DNA from: Basidiobolus meristosporus CBS 931.73
Lineage: Eukaryota; Fungi; Basidiobolomycota
DNA length: 64,000 bases
Direction of reading: 5' to 3'
NCBI GenBank assembly: GCA_002104905.1
Contig: MCFE01000480.1
Span: forward strand, 1 to 64,000
Positions 25,746 to 37,600 of this stretch are shown in pieces. The translations under genes and the position numbers were made by a program. The notes under the pieces are model-generated. The model did no database searches. It had not been told where the DNA came from and saw only the letters and a list, made by a program, of their open reading frames with translations. Position 1 is the first letter of the stretch. Every line of letters begins with the position of its first letter.

Positions 25746-27404
25746 ACGGAGTGTAGTACTTTGTAGCTTCACAATATTTGTTGGACTGCATGAGCTTCCT
25801 TAGATGGGGTATTACTGGAACTTATCCTGAATATGAACAATGTTTTCCTCCTATGGTGGTGGATTCCTGAGAAGTTGGACACTTTGCAATGGTGGCATTT
25901 TCTAATGCAAATACCATGCCACTGTTAACACATACTGGTGTCAGGACAGTCTCTGGGCATATGTTGCCAGCAGCATATCAGTGATCCATTTGTTCCATGT
26001 ATATGGCAAGTTGCATCCTGGAATGATTTTGGCAAGTAGCGCTTATGTGAACTTAAGACAGTCTTTTATTTCAGGCTTTGCACCTGCATCAATTATAGAT
26101 TTAATGACAACCTGCCATAGTAAGCATTATCAATAAAGCTGTGGTACCGCATACACACATATATGTAACACTAATTCCCCTAAAGTTTGACTCACTCCTA
26201 CATATATGCTGCCAAAAATTCTAGCAAAGTTGTCTGGTTCCCAACCAAGCCCCACTGTTGACAGCAGCAGAAGAACTGTTGGACAACAGCTTACATTCAC
26301 AATCAGTGCAACATGTAGGACTACATCCAACAAAGGCTATGCTGACAGTGTGCCAACAGTGGGTAACAATGCAGACTCCTCAGGCTCCCAGTCATGTAGG
26401 CTATTACAAATCTCTATGGAGCTGCAGCTGACCATAATGATCAGGCAGATAACAATGTAGCAAATGCAGTACCTTTGGTCAAAGACCAGATAGTGGCTGC
26501 CATAACATTAAACACCACCTATATTGGCAAGTGTATTGTTAGCTCATATCAAAGAATTAATGAGGTAATCAGGTGCAGTGACTGAAAGGATATTCACAAT
26601 GGCACAAAGAAGTCAGAAAATAGTCCAGAAACAGGATGAGTAGATAATACATGGAAATCAGTCAATATTCCAGGTAGAGACTGCAGGATTCTAGCTCCAA
26701 AGAGGGAACTCAAGTAGCTCAATTCCACAGTCAAAAACTGAGCCATTTCCCAGGGTAACAGCAGAGGAACACTGTACAGTCTTTGAAGCACAAAAACAGT
26801 GCCCAAAGATAAAGCCCACAAAAGAATCTATTACAGCATGTGAGAGAGAGACTGGGATGCTTCTACCCAAGCCTAAAAGTCAGAAGACATACAAGATCTG
26901 TAAAGCTGCTGAGTGCAATGATGAAGTGAGGGCTAGTATTCAAGAGGCCAGTAGAAATCTGGCAAGGCATCACTGAAGGCCACCATACCATATGATCACC
27001 AGAGACTCAAGGCCAAACAGAATGTACTTAACCTGTTGCATAAGTATATTCTTGGATTCATGTAAACAAATGGATTCTGAGCCAGCATTGGTATGCAAAG
27101 AATGTATCATGAGAATAGCAGAAACTATCAAAGGCAGAAGAACAAGGGTACCATGGCTAAAAATCAGCAGTTTCTTCAAGAGCTTGTCACAAAAAGGGAT
27201 GAAAGCTCCAAACAAGAGGCAGAGAAATGTCTGGTAGCCCAAAGTGTGTCATTGTGGGACAGGCAAGCAGAAATAGATGCACCAGTGCAGCATATATCAG
27301 GGAGAAAAAATAAATCAACAAATGAAGCACTCAGTCACATTAGCAGTGAAGGACTTGACAGTGATAAAAGCCCATGGCTTTCTCAGGAGTCATTCACAAG
27401 CAGG

Positions 27405-27666
27405 GCTGACACCGTTTTTCTGAGACTTCAACGGAGACCTTATAGCCCTGCACCATTGTTCATTCACTGGTTCCCATATTTCCTGACCTTGAGCCAGCAC
27501 TTCAGGGTCTAGCACATCATATGTCAGTCTCTGCAATGAATCCTTGCAGTATCCAAGTGAGTTTTCTTGAGCACTGTTCTTGAAGAAATGTGCAGCTACT
27601 TAGTGCACCTATTAGTGTTTCAAAGTTTCTCTGCAGGCATTAAAATATTCTTCTGAGCTTTTGACA
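27405..27666 (-). mobile_element. Inverted CMC ORF1 fragment
   Basis: Direct match to ~31500-31760, opposite in orientation to the adjacent 26850-27400 segment. Confidence 0.65.
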
Positions 27667-30600
27667 CCCTATGAGAAATATCTTGGTCCAGTGGGTTACT
27701 CCAATCTGGATCAGCCATCAGAGTTCTGTCAGCAGACCATTGTAATACTGGCAGCTTAGAATAAATGACCCTCTACAAAATCTGATGACAGAATCTCAAT
27801 GGCATGCGGATAATTTTACCACCAAATAAAGTTAAAAAGCATGACAGTGTCTGGGCAGTGTTTTGCAAGCATAGTATGGCATTGTTGAAGTCTTGAAGAG
27901 CTCTACAGCTGTTTTAGTGGATCTAACCAGGCAATACATCCCATCCCTTATATGGAAAAACTTGATGGTGTCTTGACAGCCTCTTTGCAAGCCTCTGATG
28001 GCATTATCACTGCAGTATGGTGGCCTACAGCTAGTTTGGAACAATGCTGCCACACCAATTTATCAAATGGTATTTCCTTTTCTTACCTTCCCTTATGCAA
28101 TTCATATATTCCACTATAGAATCAGCCCTCTTTATTTGCTTAAACACTACTACCTTGGGTATTCCACATATAGTCTGAATCAATAAAAACTATGGCCTCC
28201 TGCTTACTAACCTTTACAAATGTGCATACCTGTTGCAATCAATGTATTTCTATCACCTCAACTTTACAGCTTTTTAGTGTGAGACTTGCATAGTTGCCAT
28301 ATAACTTTTACTTCTAGTGAAATATACATCTTGCAAGCATATTCTTGGTTGCCACCACTTCTGCCATGAGTACCTCCTGAATATCTGCAATGAACTTTTT
28401 AGTATTTAGCCAACATGTTTCTTGGCCATGCAGGATTCTAATCCATCTAATAGGTGCACTCTGGCACTGGTTTGTGAGAGTTTGTATTGAATTGTGTAGA
28501 AATTAGCTTGTGATCAAGAGAAACCCAGCACTCTTTGGTGAAGCTTTTCTGATAAAATTGGTTGCATGTTGCACCCAACCCAATTTTGCATTAGTTTACT
28601 GCTTACCCATGCTTTATGGTAGCTTAGCTTCTTAATGCCATAGGCATAGGTGTCTACATGTGCACATCTATCCTCAGTATTTTCCAGCTCTTCCTTGCTG
28701 TTCTCAATGTGCCAACTCATGACATCCATGGCAGACTTGAAGATGATACTGCTGATAAGATTGGGATATGGTGGTATCTGCAACTTGACTTGACTTCCCA
28801 TCTCCCCACACATCTGCTTCAAAGGAAACTCCCAAAAGGTGAAGCAAGGCGCAATATTCTCCACACACCAAGCAAGATGGAATAAAGAGTGGTTACTGTA
28901 GTGGCGGAGATCTACACATACAGCTTTATGTTTATAGTATTGGCACTCAAATCCCATCACAAACTCCTTGTACAAAAGCTCTAGATGCGTCAAGTTGGCA
29001 TTGATGATCCACTTCTGAATAAATACTCCTACAGAGTCCACATATAACTCCCAGTGCTTCCAATGTACTCCTGGTAGAAATGGCTTCCAAAGGTCACTTG
29101 AATAAATACATATCCAGTTCATCCAGTCCTTGCACTTGCATTGTTGCATATGCAAATGAATGTTGACTGGAGCCTATGAGAAGTACTTAGGACAGCAAAT
29201 ACTTTATGATATATTGCCAATTGTTTGAATTTCTCTGGTCTCTCAAAGGGCTCATTTAAGTTGAGTTGCCCCATGTATAATTTGGTCATCAGTATAGGAA
29301 TATTGTAGAAAAGCAAATGAACTGCTTGCAGTAGAAAGCTTTTTCTTCAACAGAAACCCTCTATCTTAAGTATATCTGGCTTCCAATAAATTCCATATTT
29401 TGGCCAATGGCTTTTAGCTTGCCAAATTTGCTGCAAATGCATGCTGACTTCTGTACAATCTCTCTGCAGGAAAATGATGTTCTTAGTGTTGGTGTTTGGG
29501 TAATAATAATGCGTGTGAGTTAAGAAGTAAATCCCCTGGATCTCACACACATATAGCAGCAATACTGACCATTGTGCCCAGAAAAGCTGGCTATCTTGCT
29601 GATGGCTGGGGTATCTTCAATGCCGATAATAGTATGTGCTCTGATATGACAGACATTTGCTGTTATCATGCTGGAAAGCATAAAAAACTCATCCAGCAAT
29701 GGATATAGGTAGCTATCTAGGTGGGATGGTGATTTAGGCCCAGATACCAGTGAGACTACTATTTGATTCCTGCTCTTATACTGTAAGTAGGCAGCAGATG
29801 CAGGCTATGAGAATCAGTGGCCAGCAGGATTTGCTGGTACACTACTTCTATAATGAGAATCCATCAAGCACCAAGGCAAAGGCATGGTTAAAAAAATCTT
29901 TAAAGTGACCCTTGCTTGTTAGCTGTTTGTATTGTTTGCAATCAAATATATTGGATATGTTTGCATTTGAATGTTACTGAGTACACTACTTTGTAGCTTC
30001 ACAATATTTCTTGGATCTCATAATCTTCTTTAGTCATGGTATTACTGCAATGTATCTGGGGTGTGAACAATGTTTTCCCCCAGTGGTGATGCATTCTTGA
30101 CAAGTTATACGCCTTCCAATGCTGGAGTTTTCTGATGTCACTGCAATGCAACTGTTAACACATGCTGGCATCAGGACAGTCTTTGGGCTATATGTTGCCA
30201 GCCACATAAAGGTTGTCCATTTGTGCTATGTACATGGCAAGTTGCATTGAGGGATGATTTTGGCAAGATGTAGTAGTAAATGCTCAAAGCCCCCATTACT
30301 AGTATTAATGGAAACACACTACTTCTCTAGCTAAACATCTTGCCATTCACCAGTAGATGGATAACTGGGGTCATATGACTCCATAAAGTATCCTTGGCAT
30401 TTTTTCCCACAAATATTATGTCAATCCATATTGAAATTTTGCCAGGCTGATGCAGGATGTTTGTGTTAGGGGAGATAGGCTCACAATTCATCAGTGAGCC
30501 TTCTTCTTCAGAGCTATTACTCTGCATGCCATATTTAGAAGGCTGAGGTGAGCCTAAAGGCTTCACAAACTCACCTGACTCAGTTTGCCCTAGGTGACAG

Positions 30601-33259
30601 GAATGGTCAGGTGCCATTATAAAAGTATTGACTTACTGTCAAGATAAAGTTGGTAGAGTGGTGACTGATGAATAGTCAAATATAACTTATGTGGCAAAAC
30701 ACTGGCTTTGATCCTTATTATACTTCTTATGCTGTCAGTGTGCTTCATGGCTAAGAGGCTTGCTACAATAGACACATTGTTTTTTTCTCTTCTCTTCCAA
30801 TGTTGAATCAAAGTGTTCTTGTCCATGGGGCAAACAATCTGACATTCAACAACATAACACTATTATATTATTTTTTGCCAATACTCATGTGATCACAAGA
30901 CAGTCTTGTATTTGAGACATTACACCTACATGGATGTAAAATTTAATGATGACCTGCCATAGCAAGCATTATAGATAAAGCTGTGACACTACACATACAT
31001 GTATATGCAACACCATTTACCCATTGGTTTGACTTACTCCTATATATATGCTGCCAAAAAATACCCAATGAGAAAATACTGTGAGATCCTGTTAGAATGC
31101 CTTCACAAATTTAAAGTCCTGTGATTAAATGGTACTGATCCTGTCAGGACACCATGCAGAGACCATTGAAAAATAATTGTACCCCAGATGTCACAAAAAA
31201 CCTAGTCAAAACTTCTCATCATAACAATACAAAGTGGCTTTTGATTGGTTCCCTGCTAATTTGCTGACTTTTGAATCCTGGGCACTCAATCACCTCCTAT
31301 AGTTGTGTACATTAGTTGGCTATTGCCTCTTTTTCACACTCCTTACTTCCCAAACCAACCATTTCTCATATTTTTCATGCATACAAATTGATTTATTTCC
31401 ATTGAAACTTCAGTTGTACTTCAATTGCCAATTATTTTGACCTACATAAGTCCCTATACTGTACACATTAAAATCCACCACCCAATAGGTATTTCTGCTG
31501 TAAGGCTATATTTCCATGACTTTGGTGGGGATCCATGGCTTTATGCAACTGTTCATTCACAGGATCCCACATGTCCTGGTCTTTAGCCAGCACTGCAAGG
31601 TCTAGCACCTCATCTGCCAGTCTTTGCAATAAATCCTTGTAATACTCAGGTGCGTTTTCTTGAGCACTGCTCTTGAATAAGTGCTGCAACATCCCAGTGT
31701 GCCTATTAATGTTCCAAAGTTCCACTGATGGCATTGTGATAGTCTTCTAAGGTCTTGATGCTGTAGCCCTATTTGTAGGTTGGATCTTCACTCTATCAAC
31801 AAAGGAGGATGTGGAGGCTGCGGTAGACAAGTTGCCATTTTTGGCAAACTCATCTACCTTGCTGGAGTGCAGCTCAACTGGCTGCACTTTCAACTCTTGG
31901 AAGAACAGCTGTTTTCTTGCTGGTAATTCTTCATGGCTATGATGGCATTCAGTCTATTCCAGGGTTCTGGCATCAATTGGCAAGAACTGCAGTTTTTCTT
32001 GCAAGCTTCCATGTCTCAGGCTTAGCCATTTTTCCCTTTGCCTTTTCCTTTATCACTGCCTGGTCTTTTACTGCTACTTTGTCTGAGTGCTTCTTGTAAT
32101 GAACTATGTTTTCCCCTTGAAGAATTCTGCTCTGACTCACCTGTTTTGGCCTGCTTCTTCCTTGACAGCACTCTCCTGGCAACCTGCTGTTTCTTTTCCA
32201 CTTGCTTTAAGCTCTCACTTGTAGTTGTAGTGGGCTCCTAAGAAAGCTGCTGGTTTTTATCACTGCCAGGCCCTTCACTGCCACTTTGACTGAGTGCTTC
32301 TAGAGTGGCACTACACTTTTTCCTTGATAAATGTTGTGCTGGTGCATCTGTGTCTGCCTGCTTGTCCCCTATAGGCATTCTTCTAGCTACCTGACATCTC
32401 TGCAATGCTTGTTTAGAGATTTCGGCCCTGCTTGTAACAGGCTCTTGAGGAAGCTGCTGGTTTTTAGCCATGGCACCCTTATTCTTCTGCCTTTGATAGT
32501 TTCTGCTATTCATAACATACTTTCTTAGCATACCAATGCTAGCCCAATATCTGTTTTCCTGTTTGAATTCAGGATAATGCTGATGGAACAGGTCAAGCAC
32601 ATTCTGCTTTGCCTTGAGTTTCTGATGGTCCCATGATATGCTGGCCTTAAGGCAATGGCATGCTAGATCTTAGATGGCCTCTTGAATATTAGCCCACTCT
32701 TGATTATTGCTTGCAATAGCTTCACATATATCAGTGTCTTTTGATTTTTAGGCTTTGGTATATGCACCACATTGTCTCCCTCCCATACTGTGATAGGTTA
32801 CTCTGTGAGCTTTATGTTTGGGCTCTGTTGTTGTGCCTCAAATACTGAACAGTGTTCCTCTGCTGTTACCTTGGGAAATGGCTCAACTCTTGGCTGCAGC
32901 ATTAAGCTACTTGAGTTCCTTCTTTGCAGTAAAGATACTGCTTTCTCTACTTGGGATATTCATTGCACTACACCTATTACCCACTCATGCTGCTTCTGGA
33001 CTATTACTGGATTTCTCTTGGCTGTTGCATCCCTCCTATCAGCCACTGCACATAATTGCTTTATCAATGCTTTGGTATGAGCTTACAGCATATTTGCCAA
33101 TATGGGCAGTAGCAATGTTATGACAGCCACTTGCTGGTCTTCAACTGAGGGTACTGCATTGGCTACATTCTCATCTGCCAGAGTTTAATGGTGAGCTTGC
33201 AGCTCTGCAGAGGTTATCAATTGCCTACTTGAGTGGGAGCCTGAGGAGTCTGCATTATT

Positions 33260-33993
33260 AGACTTGTTCCATTGGATAGTGCCACATTGAGCCATGCATG
33301 CCAAATGATGCCATAGTGTGCCAGGGAGGCTAAGTGAGCCTGTACTTGGCCACAGTGTGTGAAACATAGATCTGCATCTTCATGCAAAGCAGCCCCTGCG
33401 TTTCACCCATTGTGTTGGAGAAAATCCATTTTTTGACCTTTTTTTTTAGGTCAATGTTGTGCAGGATGTGTAAGAGCACAAAAGGATTGAAAATATGCAT
33501 TTGGTACTCAATACCCATGGCACTCTGAATCTAGCTCCTGTGGCTTGTAACAAGTCACAACAATGCATGGCACTATCTTGGTCCACTGGTACTATCTGGC
33601 ACTATAAGTGCTTTGTATAGATCTTACTTTAGGGCTAATAATTAAATATAGTGCCAGATAGTACCAGTGGACCAAGATAGTGCCATGCATTGTTGTGACT
33701 TGTTACAAGCCACAGGAGCTAGATTCAAAGTGCCATGGGTATTGGGTACCTGATGCATGTCTTCAGTTCTTCTGTGCTCTTACACATCCTGCATAACATT
33801 GATCCACAAAAAAACGTCAAAAAATGGATTTTCTCCTGCATCACAGGTAAAACACAGGGGCTGCTTTGCATGAAGATGCAGATACATGTTTCACACTCTG
33901 TGGCCAAGTATAGGCTCACTTGGCCTCTCTGGCACACTATGGCATCATTTGACACTCATGGCTCAATGTGGCACTATCCAATGGAACAAGTCT
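33260..33993. mobile_element. 734-bp palindromic PHIS-family MITE
   Basis: 347-bp inverted arms (33260-33606, 33647-33993), 40-bp spacer, ends AGACTTGTTCC..GGAACAAGTCT, flanks ATT/AGT. Confidence 0.93.
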
Positions 33994-34235
33994 AGTATGT
34001 TCAGTATGCACACTGTCAAAATGGCCTTTTTTGGATGTAGCCATGCCTGTTGCACTGATTGTCAAAGTAAGCTATTGTCCAACCATTCTTCTGTTGCCAT
34101 CAGTGGTGGGGTTTGGTTGGGAACTAGAAGACTTTACTTTATTTTTTGGCAGCATAAATATGGAAGTGAGTCAAGCAAAAGGGGAAATAATGTTACATAT
34201 ACATGCATATATGGTGCCACAGTTTTATTTATAAT

Positions 34236-34969
34236 AGACTTGTTCCATTGGATTGTGCCACATTGAGCCATGAGTGCCCAATGATGCCATAGTGTGCCAG
34301 GCAGGCTAATTAAACCTACACTTGGCCACAGAGTGTGAAACATAGCTCTGCATCTTCATGCAAAGCCACCCCTGTGTTTCACCCATTGTGTTGGAGAAAA
34401 TCCATTTTTTGACCTTTTTTTTTAGTTCAATGTTTTGCAGGATGTGTAAGAGCACAGAAGAACAGAGGACATGCACCAGGTACTCAATACCCATGGCACT
34501 CTGAGTCTAGCTCCTGTGGCTTGTAACATGTCACAAAAATGCATGGCACTATCTTGGTCCACTGGTACTATCTGGCACTATGAGTTCTTTGTATAGATCT
34601 TACTTTAGGTCTAATAATTAAATATAGTGCCAGATAGTACCAGTGGACCAAGATAGTGCCATGCATTTTTGTGACATGTTACAAGCCACAGGAGCTAGAT
34701 TCAGAGTGCCATGGGTATTGAGTACCCGGTGCATGTTCTCAGTGCTTCTGTGCTCTTACACATCCTGCACAACATTGATCCTCAAAAAAACATCAAATAA
34801 TGAATTTTCTCCTGCATCATAGGTGAAGCACAGGGGCTGCTTTGCATGAAGATGCAGAGCTATGCTTTACACTCTGTGGCCAAGTACAGGTTTACTTAGC
34901 CTCTCTAGCACACTATGGCATCATTTAGCACTCATGGCTCAATGTGGCACTATCCAATGAAACAAGTCT
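34236..34969. mobile_element. 734-bp palindromic PHIS-family MITE, second copy
   Basis: Same length, ends and spacer orientation; perfect TSD AAT/AAT; the empty site GATAATGC is visible (reverse complement) in CMC copy C near 26123-26130. Confidence 0.93.
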
Positions 34970-36530
34970 AATGCTTAATATGGTGGGTCACCATTGAATA
35001 TTACATTCATGTTGCTGCAGTGTCTCAAATACAAACTCTCTTGAATTCACATGAGTATTGACCAGTAAGTGATATAATAGTGCCATGTTGCTGAAGGTCA
35101 AACTGTTTGCCCTATGGACAAGACCACTTTGATTCAACACTGTAAGTAAAGAGAAACAAACCATGTGGCTGTTCTAGCAAATCTCTCAGCCATATAGAAA
35201 GCATAGGAAGTACTACAAGGATCATGGCCAGTGTCTTGCCACACAACTAATACTTGACCATTGATCATTCCCAACTGTATCAACATTATCTTATTAACCA
35301 GTTGATACTTCTATACTGGCACCTGGCCATCTTTGTCACCTTGTGCCAACTGAGCCAGGTGAGTTCATGACACCTTTAAGCCCGCCTCAGCCTTCTGAAT
35401 ATGGCATTCAGAGTGATAGCTCTGACAAAGAAGGCTCAATGATGGATTGTGAGCCTATCCCCTGTAACAACATTACCACACATGAGCCTGGTCAAATCTC
35501 AATATGTAATGAGAAAACATCCATTGAAAAAAATGCTCAAGATAGTTTATAGGGCCAAGCAAGCCCAGTAATCAATCCACTGGTGAGTGCTGTAATGTTG
35601 TGGCTAGAGAAGTGGCATGTTTCTACTAATATCAGTAATGACGGCTTTGAGGATCTACTTCTACTTCTTGCCAATATCATCCCTCAATGCAGCTTACCAT
35701 TTATATGGTATAAGTGGACAACCATCATGTGGCTGGCAACAAATGACTCAGAGGCTATCCTGACTCCAGCATGTGTTAACAGTTGCATTTTTTTCACATC
35801 CAAATATGCTACCATTGTAACATGTCCAAATTGTCAGGAATCCATCACCATTGAGGGAAAACATTGCTCATTCTCCAGATATATTCTGGTAACACCCTAT
35901 CAAAAGAAGCTCATATATCGAACAAATATTACAAAGCTACAAAGTATCAAACTCAGTACCAATCAAGCGCAAACATATCCAGTGTATTTGATTGCAAACA
36001 TTACAAACAGCTAAGAAGCACAGGCTACTTTGAAGGTATGTATGACCATGTCTTTGCCTTAGCACTTGATGGATTCTCATTAAACAAGTACTACCAAAAA
36101 ATCCTGCTGGCCACTGATGCTTGTCAACCCAAATTTGCTGCCAATCCTAGATTATCAGAGCCAAGCTCTGATGGTAGTCTCACTTATATCTGAGCCTAAA
36201 TCACCGTTCAACCAGGATAGCCACCTGTATCCATTGCTGGATGAATTCTGTGCACTTTCCTGGAGGATAGCAGTAAATGGCTGTAATGTCAAAGCTCGTA
36301 TTATTATCTGCACTGGAGTCACCCCTGCCTTCAGCAAGATAGCCGGCTTTTCTGGGCAAAACTGATGGTATAGCTGTCAAATGTGTGAGATCCAGGGTAC
36401 GCACTTTGTAGCTCACAAACAGTAATTTTACCCATACGCCAATGCTAAGAACATCAGCTTCCCACCAAGAGAATATACAGAAGTCTGCATGCAATTGTAT
36501 CAAAGTTGGCAAGCTATAAGCCATTAGCAG

Positions 36531-37600
36531 TGTAGTGGGGTGACAGTGACACCCACTAACAGATGTGCTCATTCCCTTATTTTCTACTTCCATATATCTC
36601 TACTACACTTATTTTAGTTTTATCCCGTTTGTCTTACCCAATCAGAACTATCCCATAAGCCGGTTGACTATCACACCTGCTTACCTTATTGCATAAGTTA
36701 CCTCTCACTTTACGTATGATTACTAGCTATAAGTGCTTCTATATTAGGCAAGTACCCACACCAGTACTAATGACACATGATCAACCAGTGTCACCATCCC
36801 TACCATTTCCATACCATATATGTATCCCTATGTTACACAGGTTTCAGAATACTGATTCCTGATTGGTTGGATGTGCTGTGCCTCTTAGAACCTTCTGGCA
36901 CCTACTTGGAACATTCTTAGGTCATTGTGATGTCATTAAGATTTCTATTGATATCCTGAACCTTCTGGAATACCATGCTTAGTAATCACTTAGCCAGTGA
37001 GAAAAGTATATAAGGGAGGCTATCCCTCAAGAATAAATCATCATCCCTTTTATCAATATTCCAACTTGTTGATTAGTGTGATCACAGCTACCTGCTGCCA
37101 CCTGAACTTCCAACCCCAGACCACAGGACACTCCCAGGAAACCGTGCTGACAGCCAACTGACCTTGGAGGCACTACTTGGGAGGAATACTCAGAGTAGGT
37201 ATCTTTTATTATATTTGATTCTTTCTCAAGTTTGTTCTTGTACAGGCAAAGATACTTTTCTGTCTTTGTAACTATTGACCACAGCTGCATTCTTATCAAG
37301 TCACTGCTAGTGGAGTTTACAGTTGTTTTGACTTTGGAAACTTTAGTACATTGTCATCTCAAAGGATGCTGAACCCAGCACATACTTTGGTTAAGGTGCC
37401 AACTAAGTTGTGGATTGTAGCTTAATAGTATTCCCTTGACAAGCTTGTGGCTTTATTCCCCTTCACATTAGATTAGAGACAGAACCCAAGTATTCCTAGC
37501 AAGCTTTTACCAGAGGTTATTGCACCCAGTGAACACCCCACACACAAAACACTTGAGAAGTGTTGGACGTATCTCACCCTTAGACCTATAAACCACCACA
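36531..37600 (+). repeat. 1070-bp solo LTR of an unidentified retroelement
   Basis: TGTAGTGG..CCACCACA ends, TATA-like GTATATAAG (~37006) and AATAAA (~37032); interrupts the CMC transposase; flanks GCAG/GTGG. Confidence 0.8.

Larger units (their letters stand above)
22486..27400 (-). mobile_element. CACTA/CMC transposon copy C (transposase on minus strand), decayed
   Basis: TIR CCCTGTGAAAAG at 22486; transposase remnants at 23782-24936 (HSLLHLAWYVENIG, FWEFSIEWMYGEIG, YPLLDEF); ORF1 remnant on plus strand 26850-27400. Confidence 0.85.

Noticed and set aside
33185-34494. Repeated short ORFs (MFHTLWP.., MGIEY..) in the ORF track
   Set aside because: They arise from the palindromic MITE arms read on both strands, not from genes.
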